From assembly GCF_006345805.1 (NCBI RefSeq), contig NC_043002.1, forward strand, positions 8,928,001 through 8,992,000: DNA of 64,000 nucleotides, given 5' to 3'. The DNA is from Octopus sinensis (lineage: Eukaryota). The notes beneath the pieces were generated by a model. It saw only the letters and a program-made list of their open reading frames with translations. It was not told the DNA's origin and made no database searches. Each line of letters begins with the position of its first letter. Positions within the stretch are counted from its first letter, which is position 1. A program made the position numbers and the translations under genes. This document shows positions 23,824-35,537 of the stretch, piece by piece.

Positions 23824-24384
23824 ATCTTCAAGAGATTTTCTAGAAAATACAAGGTGAAATAAAATTCGAAGTACAGAAGTTGTACATTTCGGTACACACC
23901 AGGTGAACAGTGTACATTTATGAAACTTTCGTTGCAGATATTCAGTTTAGATGCACAAACTCATTGACTGACGTCAATGCAATTAACCTGGATATGTCAC
24001 TGAGTTCAGGTGATAAATTACGAGATTTCAGTTATATTCTCAGCACTAAATCACTCAGTTTGTATTAAAGATGTATGAATTATATAATAAAGCAAAAAAT
24101 AAAATATCTTATTTTACTCCTAGTAGGTCGCGTGTTATCCTATTTATTAAAAAAAAAGGTTAAGAATGTCGGTTGGAAGTAAGAGAAAACAATATTTATT
24201 ATATTGAGCAAATATGTTTAACGTGCTTTTTTATACAATAGCCAGCAAGTGATAAATGTAAGTGATGCACATCTAGTTGACACAAGTATGAAATAGATGT
24301 CACTATGGTGTGCAGTCGATTAATTATGTGAATGTTAAGTATCTACGATTTCCAGCAGCTCTTAAATTCACATAAAAGCTGTCA

Positions 24385-24865
24385 AGACGTTCGCAGACCT
24401 CTTCTAAGAATCTTCTCACCGGTGGCAGAGTCTAACATCTGTTGTTGCTGCTTTTGCTGCTGCTGCTGTTTGTTTGTTTGTTGAGCGAAACGGTCCTCGC
24501 CCCAGAGCACTCAAGATCGCGTCTCTGTAGTGGGAGAAGTCCGAAACGTGGTCCTTTGCTAGTCGTAAGACCCGCAGAAGAGAAAGCGGGTCAACCCCCG
24601 ACACCGAGAGCATCGACGGATGGATGAATGCGCATCCAGGCTCAGCGGTTGCGTAGGAAGTCGGGGACAAGAAACAGGAAGAAAGAGTGAGAGAAAGTTG
24701 GAGCGAACGAGTACAACAGGGGTCGCCACCACCCCCTTGCCGGAGCCTCGTGGAGCTTTAGGTGTTTTCGCTCAATAAACACACACAACGCCCGGTCTGG
24801 GAATCGAAACCGCGATCCTCCGACCGCGAGTCCGCTGCCCTAACCATTGGGCCATTGCGCCTCCA
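24385..24865 (-). mobile_element. SINE family C head with an alternative, LINE-like 3' half
   Basis: First ~170 nt match 16144 and 47510 copies; 3' half is unrelated to theirs and reads as an open frame (SMLSVSGVDPLSLLRVLRLAKDHVSDFSHYRDAILSALG). 3' boundary approximate. Confidence 0.75.
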
Positions 24866-24886
24866 CTGCTGCTGCTGCTGCTGGTG

Positions 24887-24934
<48 letters not shown>

Positions 24935-24935
24935 C

Positions 24936-24983
<48 letters not shown>

Positions 24984-25020
24984 CGACGACGATGATGATG
25001 ATCATGATCATGATGATGAC
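24866..25020. repeat. Compound (CTG)n/(GAT)n trinucleotide tract
   Basis: Directly visible. Confidence 0.95.
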
Positions 25021-25276
25021 CATCAGCGTCAAGGACCATATTCTTGGTTTTAACCAAGAATATGGTTTCAAAGCTATTATACTGCATTCTTTGCTTGTTG
25101 AATTACTGATGCGTTTCATTCAGGAAATATAGAACAAAACTTACAACCGCTAGCAGCTAAAGCTGTAGTGAACAAACACTACTTTTTTCTTTGGGGCATT
25201 CCTCCGTCAAATTCTTTAAGCCACATATATGGTACATAATACCTTAGCTGTGTAAGTGTTATCGATGTTATCATAG

Positions 25277-25619
25277 TGCTAGTGCATGCATATACAGCTG
25301 CGTGCGTGCGCACATACACGCGAGTACTGTCCAAATCTCCGACCAATCACATACAGCTAGCTGGCATTCAATTGGCGTATCAAGTTTCGGACATTTTAAT
25401 TGGGTTTTGGATAGAAAATTCACAAAAAAGTCATTTCTATTGATTTTTTTAATGGCTTTGCGGGGTGACTGGGGAAATGTAAAGATGTGCACGACCACCC
25501 TTGGACGGTTTTGAATGACCATAGAAAGTGCTAGCCCTCTAACTGAAAAATTGTGGATTTGTATAAAGGATACACACACACACACAGACAGACATTTTGC
25601 CGTTTATATATAGAGAGAT
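25277..25619 (-). mobile_element. Non-autonomous Helitron-like element
   Basis: Minus strand starts TCTCTCTATATATAAACGGCAAAATG(TCTG)(TG)n and ends ...GCACTAG. Confidence 0.55.
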
Positions 25620-26273
25620 AACTGAAAGCTTCTTGGATCTTTACTTTTCCCGGTCACAAGTGATTTTTCTCTTTTCGCTTATTGATATGCCAACATCTGC
25701 CTTAATTACAACTCTATGCTCTCTTTTTGTTCCGCTTTTCTTTCCCATCTATCCCTTTATACTCTAACTCGTTCATCATCAATCACACATACACTGCCGG
25801 TGAGAAATTATCTACAATTGCTCAAGACCAAGATGGTTCTTGGCTCTGCAAATGTAATTTCTACTATCTCCAAACAATGTTCCCCAGAGCTATCTCTGGT
25901 ACTCACCAAAACCTTAAATCTCTCTTTCGTTACCCCACACTCTCACACACACTATCTATAAGGGCGTCATACACCGAAAAGACAAGAGGAACAAAGGGCG
26001 GAGTCATTAAGGAGAAAACCATCTTAATGTCCAAATAAAAAAAAAGAAGAAAAGACAAACTTACAGACCCATAAAATGGCTTTCAAAAGCTCACGAAGTG
26101 CTAACTAGAAGAAAATTACACAATAAAGTTACATCACGGAAAAAATTAATTACAAGAGTAATGACGATGAAGACCCTAAGTGACTAACAATAAGCAATGA
26201 TACATTAATCAATAGCAACTGCACTGTCAGCTGATTTAGCAACACCACTGCTATTATATATGCCACTACCGAA

Positions 26274-26503
26274 GGCGGCGAGCTGGCTGAAACGTTAGCA
26301 CGCCGGGCGAAATGCGTAGCCGCATTTCGTCTGCCGTTACGTTCTGAGTTCAAATTCCGCCGAGGTCGACTTTGCCTTTCATCCTTTCGGGGTTGATAAA
26401 TAAAGTACCAGCTACGCACTGGGGTCGATGTAATCGACTTAATCCGTTTGTCTGTCCTTGTTTGTCTCCTCTGTGTTTTGCCCCTTGTGGGCAGTAAAGA
26501 AAT
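26274..26503 (+). mobile_element. SINE family A with ~16-bp TSD
   Basis: TSD TATATA(T/C)GCCACTACC at 26255-26270 and 26505-26520. Confidence 0.9.
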
Positions 26504-26899
26504 GTATATACGCCACTACCACCACCTCGCAAACACAAGCGCTCCTTCACTCGCGCACTCAACAAGAGTCACAACACATTTTCGAGCATAAACAGAAAAC
26601 GAAATTATTAACTACACAGCCATAATACAAACAATAAAAAAAAAACTAAACGATCACACGTAATAACTACATTACATTAACGAATGACATTCCATCACAT
26701 AAAAAATCGCTCGAGTTTGACAACACACATATTTTAAAACAAAAGAACTCCAATAGAATAGAAAACTTTAGAGGGAATATAAAACGATGACTATAGAAAA
26801 AAACATCTGTATTTTGATAGGAACTCGGTGAGCCGTTCTCATAACCCACTTTCTATTGAACATGGCCTTACACAAAATAGCAGTGTAAGTACTCGTGGC

Positions 26900-27300
26900 C
26901 TGATGTCAATTTAGAAGCAGGGACACCAACTCAATGATCTCAGATCATTTATATATTGATGTACTAGCTGTCAGAAAGGCAAGAGTTTCCGATCCACATA
27001 TTTTCATGCCTGTTTTCTGAGAGATCCATTTATTTCCAAGTTGACCAGGATTAAGAGGCGAGGTCAGTTTTGTTTTGGAATGGTCCATCTTTTAGACTCA
27101 GAGGTAATTTTGTGGATCTGGATGTAAACAGTTGAAAAGGGTGTACCTTCAAACTACTTGATGACCAGAATAAGACGGCCATGTTTCTTCAAGAGTTAGG
27201 CCGTTTCCCTAAAAATATTCTGCTCTTTGATGCTTGTGGGCAACTGGAACACCATTTTGGATTCACGTTTAAATTGAGTTGGCTATCTGATAGGAAAGAG
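26900..27300 (-). pseudogene. Possible very degraded Penelope-like RT/GIY-YIG junction
   Basis: Minus strand LLKKHGRLILVIK...WIGNSCLSD...I.DH loosely resembles PLE motifs; many stops. Confidence 0.25.
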
Positions 27301-27892
27301 AGTGCAAAGCCTCGTATTTCGTTTATAATGTCCAAAGAGAATAGGTATATACGTAACAGCATGTTATGTAACTACTTGAAGCGTGTGTGTTAAATGCATT
27401 CAAAATAACAATCATTGGTTTTGTTATTACTCAAATATCTCAAATGTATGTACGAGGGTTGGTTGATAAGCTCATAGGCTGACTATGAAGGAGAAATGTC
27501 AGAGCTGTGAAATCATACATGCATGAAATTCAACTCTTATTATTAACTAGCAGAGATACCCGGCGTTTCCCGGTTACATTCAATTGAAGAATTAGACTTT
27601 TCTGTTATATTTTCTGAATGAACTGGAATATCTATGTTTCGAATTTCATCAAAATTGCAGATGAGGGTTATTTCCCTCTTTAATCACCCTAAAAAATTGT
27701 AATCGTGCCACATGGAAACCAAAAGACGAATGATCACAATAAGCTGTCAGTTACCCTACCCTAGTCGTTACCACTCCTAATGTAGGATTCCTCACCATCC
27801 AGGTGACAGGCACAGCCGTAAGATGCATTACGAATCTATAGCAATTGGAAGGGCGTGACCCAACTGAAATCAACATTAAGTAGGTGACGGTA

Positions 27893-29810
27893 GAGCCAAG
27901 ATAGGTAAACTTCTCCACCTCCTGTAGTCTGTGGTCTCCAATATGTATGTTTGGGATGGTCGATGTAGCCTGACCCATGTTGTTGGTCTTCTTGAGGCTG
28001 ATAAATAAGCCAACGTTGCCACATGCTTGCTCAAAACAGTTGATGAGCCTTTGTAGGGCTTCTTCTGTGTGTGATACCAGAGCGGCATCATCAGCAAATA
28101 GCATCTCCTTGATCAGGACGTTTCTGATTTTGGTCTTGGCACGCAGACGCGAAAGATTGAACAGTTTCCCATCACTTCTACTGTGCAGAAACACTCTATC
28201 ATCTGATGTCACAAAGGCATGTGACAGCAGCAGCGAGAAGAAGATGCCAAATAATGTAGGAGCAAGAACACAACCTTGCTTTACTCCATTTTTTATTTGG
28301 AAGGCGGCTGATGTTGAATCATTGTGCTGTATGGTGCCTTGCATATCATCATGGAAAGATGTGACGATCCTCAGCAGCTTTGGTGGACATCCGAATTTTG
28401 GATCAGGATGAAGAGGCCTTTTCTACTTACCAAGTCAAAGGCCTTTGTCAGATCAATGACGGCCATATATAATGGCATTTTCTGCTCTCTGGACTTCTCC
28501 TGAAGTTGGCGTATGGAGAATATCATGTTAATAGTTGATCTGCTTCTTCTAAAGCCACACTGCGATTCTGGATAAATTAGAGAAGCAAGCAGTTGCAGCC
28601 TGGACAGGATAACGCGAGCAGAGGCCTTTCCAACAGTGCTTAGAAGAGATATTCCACGGTAATTGTTACAATCACCACGGTCACATTTGTTTTTGTAAAG
28701 CGTAATGGTGTTAGCATCCCGCATATCCTGAGGGACTGTACCCTCTTCCCAGCACTGACACAGAAGCTCATGAATGTGCCGAAGCAGGATGGTGTTTTTG
28801 CCGGTTTTGATGATCTCTAAGGGGATGCCGTCTTTTCCCGGAGCCTTGTTACTTGCTAGGGAGTCAATAGCCTTGGTGAGCTCTGCTATAGATGGCAGAC
28901 TGTCAAGTTCACACATGACTGGCAAGATCTTGACACCCTCGATTGCATACTCAGCTACCGTGGTCTCTCGTGAGTTGAGATCCAGGTAGTACTCCACCCA
29001 TCTATCCATTTGCTTGCTTTGGTCCTTGATGAGATCCCCAGTAATTGATTTCAGAGGGGCTGACTTGGTTGCGGATGGACGGAGGGCCTTCTTCAAACCG
29101 GCATACATCCCACGGGTGTCGCCACTGTCAGCAGCTGACTAGATACTCTGACACATTTCCTGCCAATACCTATTTGCACAGCGTCTGGCAGTCAGTTGGG
29201 TTTTATTTCTTGCCTTTCTGAGTTCTTCGAGTGACTTTATAGAAGAATCACTCTTGTATTACATCAGAGCTGCACGCTTTGTTTCGATAACTGTTTCCAG
29301 CTCTGAGAGCCCAGCACTGAACAAAATCTGAGTTTTACCTTTCTCTCATGCCGAAAGTATCTATTGATTTGGTATACAAAGCTTCCCTGATATAATTCCA
29401 CCTACTTTCAGCAGTGATAGTTGGGCAGCTACTGAGGGCAACTGTGATAGAAACAGCAAAACATTGTCGCAGTGTAGGGTCGGAGGTTCTGGCAGTGTTA
29501 ATGCGTGGTCGGCCCATTTTCTTGGAGTGATGGACTTTTTAGGCAGAATCCTCACCCTGCTTCTTATTAGGGAATAATCTGTGTCACAATCCGCGCTGTG
29601 GTAACTATAGGTCAGTTGAACAGAATTCAGAAAAGGTTTTCGTGTAATGATGAGATCCAGCTGATGCCAGTGGTGAGATCTTGGATGTCTCCAAGATGCC
29701 TTGTGGGATGTCTTGTTTGCAAAGAATGTGTTAGTGATGTACAGGTTATGGTATGTGCAAAATTCAAGTAGTCTCTGGCTATTGTCATTCATGTTGCCAA
29801 TACCAAAACA
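27893..29810 (-). mobile_element. RTE/BovB-like LINE ORF (endonuclease-RT), frameshifted, both ends truncated
   Basis: NSQRLLEFC...HWHQLDLII; KAPGKDGIP; NYRGISLL; ESQCGFR; DLTKAFD; GVKQGCVLAPTLF; LFADDAAL; FTYLGS. Confidence 0.93.
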
Positions 29811-29875
29811 CATACACTTACATATATACATACATATATATACGATCGATTTGTTTCAGTTCCTGTCTACGAAAT

Positions 29876-29937
<62 letters not shown>

Positions 29938-30275
29938 CTACTACTACTAATTTTAAAATTAGATATAGGGGACACAAGAATTCATTTATTCACCCCTATA
30001 TAAAAAATTACAGACATTTTAGTATGTTGTAAGCATAAATATTTAGCGTCTTATAATTTTCTTAAACTTTAAAATATAATTTTTTAGAATATAAAAGCTT
30101 TTTGAAAATACGGTCCAATTAGATGATTAGATCCAATGAACACTTATGCACAAACCTGTCATCTTAAATTATTTTTTATAGTAGAGAGTGAAATATTCCC
30201 ATTGGCTATTATTTGCATGATTAACCTTTCAATGAATTTCATTTCTTATTTAATCCTCTTGAAAATCTGTCGCTT

Positions 30276-32193
30276 ATTCATCGATACCCGAAGTGTTAAG
30301 TAATTGGTAATTTTTGTAATCTTTGTATATAGAAATTTGAATCGCGCGAGGCATTTGCCGCTGCGCGTTAGAAACTTTTTGAAGAAAGTGCGCCGACCCT
30401 CAAGTCATGGAGACTTACGCGGGGATCGCCGCAATGAAAAGCGATACGCCGCTGACAGTAAGAGAGGTGTTCTTTAAAAAAGAACAGCTAGAGGAATTTG
30501 AGAAATTTATTGAAAGGGTGGAGGACAGAGTGAAACTGGTCCCCCCTGTTGAAGCAAAGGAGGATAAAGAGGACAAAACTATAATCTATAGGACACAGGA
30601 CACGACCACAAGAAAGCTATCGAGAATAGCGATAGAAGACATAGAAAAATGTCTGGACGACGTTATGAAAAAGGCTACCTTTGTATGCAGAGGCAGGAAA
30701 TATGGTACGGTGGAGGTGAGGTACGCAACAAAAGAAGTTGCGGCCTCACTAGCTACCACCGTACTCAGAGGCGAAAACTTCGTCATGTGGCCTACCTACA
30801 AGGGGAAAAGAGGGGTGCGGGTTAAAATCCCAAACATAACCCCAGATTTAAAAACAGAATGGCTGGTAACAGCCATCCTAGGATCAGCAGAAGAAGGTAT
30901 AGAAATTGGATCGATAAAAGAGACCAGCATAGTGAAATGGAAGGGATTCGGAATAGAGATGTGGCTGACAGCCACAAACAGAGATATAGACCGAATTCCC
31001 TTCCAAATAGAAGTAGAAGATGGTAGACCCCTCTGCGTAATCGTTGAGGGGAGGAAGCCCAACTGTTATCTATGTGGGACAAGAGGTCATATTAAAAAAG
31101 AATGTCCGCTTTACGAATTTGTGGCAGAGAGTGAAAAAGCAGAGGAAGAGAAAGAAGAAGAACCCGAAGAAGAACCCGAAGAAGGGAACAATACTCTAAA
31201 GGAGAAAGAAAGCAAGGAAAAGGAAACAACGGTAAAAGGAAATAACAATATACAGAAGGAAAATGAAGGCAAAGAGAAGGAATTAATAGAAAAAGAACAA
31301 AAGTCACAGGTAATAGAGAAAGAAAAAGAAAGTAAAATAAAGGAAAGTGAAAAAACAGGAAAAAAACAAGAGAAGGAACAGAACCAAGAGAAAGGAAAGG
31401 CTGCTACACAAAAAGAAAAAGAAAAAACAGGAAAAGAACATACGACAGACAAAGAACCAAAAAGACAAGAGAAGGAAAAGGAAAAGGAAAGCAAAAAGAG
31501 AGAAAGAGAAAAACCGAGAGAGGGAAGTAAAGAAGAAGTAAGCCCGAAGAGGAAAACCAAAGAAAACATAGGGTCAAATAGAAGATACAAATTTTACGGA
31601 ACATTGGTACAATATAAACACTGTGGGGGAGATGGAAGAACTAATAAGCGAAACGGAAGGATATTCATGGGTCAGGATGGGCACGGAGTGGAAGGAAACG
31701 GGTGCACTGGTCCATGAAGACAACGCCGAGGCATTTATCAAGGCCGCTGGAACGAATGTAACAAGACAAATGAAGTACCGACTACTAAGGTACCCAAAAG
31801 AAATGGAAAACTACAATGACCTAAAAAAGGTAATGGAGATAATTTAAAATTACAGAAAAAGAAAAAAAGAGAAAATTTGGAAAGACCTTTGGTTATGTAT
31901 TTTGAAATCTTAAAGATGTATTGCGAAAGATTTACATGTGAATTTGTGAAAACAATTTTTCTGTAATTGATAATGTATTTTGAAATTATATTTTGAAATG
32001 TATTGCGAAATGCTGAAAAATGAATTTGTTACTGTTGAAAACATTATAAAATGACGAAATGTAACCACCTGATTTCGGAGATCGGGTGGAGCATTACACC
32101 ACATTTATGCATATTTCATATTTCATTATTTTATTTTTTTTCCCGATTGTACTGTCCCCTCTATGTTCGCCCCTTGTGGGTAATAATAAAATC
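30276..32193 (+). mobile_element. ORF1-only (HAL1-like) non-autonomous retroposon, copy 1
   Basis: 5' start ATTCATCGA, CpG-rich 5'UTR, single Gag-like ORF, AT-rich 3'UTR with stem-loop, 3' tail TGTCCCCTCTATGTTCGCCCCTTGTGGGTAATAATAAAA; no RT or endonuclease sequence. Confidence 0.8.
30407..31847 (+). CDS. Gag/ORF1-like nucleic-acid-binding protein (CCHC knuckle, K/E-rich linker, conserved C-terminal domain); one +1 frameshift near 31625
   Basis: CYLCGTRGHIKKEC zinc knuckle; ORFs 30407-31717 and 31623-31847 join to ~479 aa if one base is removed around the G5 run, as shown by alignment with copy 2. Confidence 0.8.
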
Positions 32194-34198
32194 ATTCATC
32201 GAATACCTTTAGAGTCAGACGTTATTATTGTGTGAAAGAGGAAAATTGTAGAAAGAGACGAATCAGGACAGAATCGCGCGAGGCGCTTGTCGCTGCGTGT
32301 CAGTATTTGTTATAGAAGGAGCGTCGACCCTCAGTCATGGAGTCTTACGCGGGGGTCGCCGCAACGAAGAGTGATGCGTCGCTTGTAATAAGAGAAGTGA
32401 CTTTCAAGAAAGAACAATTAAAGGAATATGAGAAATACGTTAAAAGGGAGGGTGAAAGCGTTAAGCTGATCCCTCCTGCTGAAACAATGGATGAGAGAGA
32501 CAATAAAACAATAATTTACAGGACACAAGACAAGAACACGAGGAAGCTAACGAGAATTGCGATAGAAGAGATAGAAAAGTGTCTCGGTGAAATAATGAAC
32601 GAAGCAACGTATGTGAGCAGAGGGAAGAAATATGATACGGTGGAAGTGAGGTGCGCAACAAGAGAAGAGGCGGCCTCGCTATCTTCCACTGTACTCAGAG
32701 CAGAGAATTTTATTATGTGGCCTACATACAAAGGAAAAAGAGGAGTACGGGTTAAAATCTCAAACGTGCCGCCGGAAGTAAAGACGGAATGGCTGGTGAC
32801 AGCCATTCTAGGGTCGGCTAAAGAGGAAATGGAAGTAGGGTCGATCACAGAGACCAACGTCGTAAACTGAAAGGGATTCGGTGTGGAGTTGTGGCTGATG
32901 GCCACAATAGAAGATATAGAACGAATTCCCTTTCAGATAGAGGTAGAAAATGAAAAAACAATTGGCGTAATTGTAGAGGGAAGAAAGCCAAACTGCTACT
33001 TATGCGGAACAAGAGGGCATATAAGAACAGAATGTCCGCTATACGAATTCACAGTGGAGAAAGAAATGGAACGAAATAAGACACAGAGTGGAGAGACAAC
33101 AGAAGAAAACAAAAAAGAGAAGAAAAAAGAACACGAAGGAAAAAACAGTGCACTAAAGGAGAAAGAAAACAAGGAAAAAGAAATAACGGTAAAATGACAA
33201 GAGAAAGGAAATGACAGTACACTGAAGGAAAAATGAAAACAAAGGGGAAAAAATGAACAGAAAAAGAACAAAATTCACAAGGTAGAGAAGCAATAGAAAA
33301 AGAACCAAAACAGAGTCAAGAGAAAGGAAAGGATAGTACACTGAAGGAAATAGAAACAACAGGAAAATAACATAAGGTACAAGGTAGAGAGACAACAGAC
33401 AAAGAACTAAAAAGACAAGAAAAAGAAAAAAGGAAAGCAAAAAGAGAGAAAGAGAGAAACCAAAAGAGGAGAGTAAAGAAAAAATATGTCCTAAAAGGAA
33501 GACAAGAGAAAACACAGGATTGAATAGGCGGTATAAATTCTATGGAACATTGGTCCAACACAAGTGTAGTGAGGAAATGGAGGAATTAATAGACAGAACA
33601 GAAGGATATTCATGGGTTAAGATTGGTACTGAGTGGGAGGAAACGGGTGCACTAATCCATGAAGACAGCGCCGATGCGTTCGTCGAAGCCGCCGGTGAGA
33701 ACATGGTAAATCACGCGAGGTGCCGACTGGTAAAATTTCCACGTACAATGGAGTATTACCATGATCTGGTAGAGGTAATGGAATTTATCTAAAATTATGG
33801 GGAAAAAAGAATTAGAAAAGAAAAACCTTGTTAAACGAAATGTAGTTTTGAAATGTACTTTGAAATTCCGTAAAATGTTTTTTGAAAATGTACTTTGAAA
33901 ACTTTGTGAAATGTATTTTGAAATTTGGTGAAAAGTATTTTGAAATTCTGTAAAATGTTTTTTATGAAAATGTATTTTGAAAATTTTGTGAAATGTATTT
34001 TTGGTGAAATGTATTGTGAAACCCTGTGAATAGAACTGACGAAATGTAACCACCCGATTTCGGGGATCGAGTGGGCATTACACCGCATTTGTACATCCTT
34101 TCATAATTCATTATTTTTTAAATTTGTCTTCGTCTTTTTTTATTTTCCCCGATTGTATTGTCCCATCTTTGTTGGCCCCTTGTGGGTAATAAAAAATC
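32194..34198 (+). mobile_element. ORF1-only (HAL1-like) non-autonomous retroposon, copy 2
   Basis: Begins ATTCATCGA immediately after the tail of copy 1; same organisation and same 3' tail GGCCCCTTGTGGGTAATAAAAAATC. Confidence 0.8.
32337..33792 (+). pseudogene. Disrupted Gag/ORF1-like ORF of copy 2
   Basis: Colinear with copy 1; TGG>TGA at 32868-32870, further stops in the K/E linker, intact CYLCGTRGHIRTEC and C-terminal domain. Confidence 0.85.
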
Positions 34199-34433
34199 AG
34201 ATACTCAAAAACTTAATTTTCACCAACTGACTACTCACCATGTAGTGCCTTAATGCTTTTTGCTGGCTTTTACCTCGAGAAAGACACCCTGAGGAAGGAG
34301 GACAGAATTTCGAATACTTCGTACAACCACTTTTCTGAAACGGCTGCAGGTTAGGAAAAAAATTTTAATCGCCTCTTTCAATTTAGGTTTTTATTTTTCA
34401 CGTTTATATTCGTATTTCATTGTTATGTTTATA

Positions 34434-34999
34434 TTGGGTTGTCCGGAAAGTTCGTTCCGATTTTTAAAAGAAAGTAAAGGTCACTAAATACTTGCCGTTA
34501 CATTTTTAATGAACTAAATCTGAACCATTTCGTTGCACAATACGTCTCCATCTTTCCTTTACGTTGAAAATACCCTCTTCCCAGAATTGGGGTGGTTTCA
34601 AGGCAAATAATTCGTCAAGGTATGTTTTTACGTTATCTAAGGAATTGAAATTTTTACCATTAAGACTTTTCTGCAGAGACCTGAATAAATGGAAATCCGA
34701 AGGAGCAATATCTGGGGAATAGGGAGGGTGGGGATAACACATCCCAGCCGAGCTGCAGCAATTTTTGTCTGGTTCCCAAAGCATCAAGTGCCGAAAATGA
34801 ACTTTCTCATCTTTTATTTTAAAGGGTTACAGACTTAACACAGGTTATAGGAACATAAACCTTCTTCCACGAAAAGATAGCTTAAACTGTGCTCTAAATG
34901 GAGGTGTAGTCAAATCCTATTTTATGGACTCAAACATGTTCTAAAATAAGCCGAAAGGTAAGCTACTATAAATCGGTACGAATTTTCCAGACAACCCAA
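34434..34999 (-). mobile_element. Internally deleted mariner (566 bp), both TIRs, TA TSD
   Basis: TIR TTGGGTTGTC(C/T)GGAAA..TCGT.CCGATTT at both ends with TA flanks; N-terminal VHFRHLMLW fused to HPPYSPDIAPSDFHLFRSL. Confidence 0.92.
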
Positions 35000-35072
35000 T
35001 ATTTTTATATTTTTATCATGAAACTCTTAACATAAATATGTATATATTCGTACTTCATCTGAATTTTCGAAT

Positions 35073-35458
35073 CTTTTCATTAACTAAACAATTTGAAACT
35101 TCGTATACTGGTAGAATGTGTCAAAAGAAAACATAATTGTAAACCAAAATGAAAACGGAATTGTAATTTCTAAGTTTAACGTTGTTTAATAATTCGAATT
35201 TTAACCAATGATATTCTTTCTTTCGACTTCATATCATTTACTGCCTCTTAAAATATTGTTACTGTGGCGTAAACAGCTATTTTGTGACGTAGTTAACGTA
35301 AACATAAAATGTAAACATCCGCTTATCGTAACTAAACACTTTCAAACTTCGTGGAGTATATATAAAATTTGTGCAGATCCTAAATAGCTAAATTCTTTTT
35401 GAAAGTTTTAGTATATATAAAATGAGTGTTTAAATTATTTTCTATTGTTTGCATTGCT

Positions 35459-35490
<32 letters not shown>

Positions 35491-35499
35491 ACACACACA

Positions 35500-35537
<38 letters not shown>

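Noticed and set aside
24758-25132. Poly-His/poly-Gln, poly-Asp and poly-Leu/Met ORFs
   Set aside because: All frames of a pure trinucleotide tract joined to a SINE head; no splice or homology support.
32051-32082. SECIS-like ATGA-helix-AA-helix-GA, tempting because copy 2 has an in-frame TGA
   Set aside because: The helix is only 6 bp, copy 2 has GG instead of GA, its TGA aligns with Trp in copy 1, and further stops follow.
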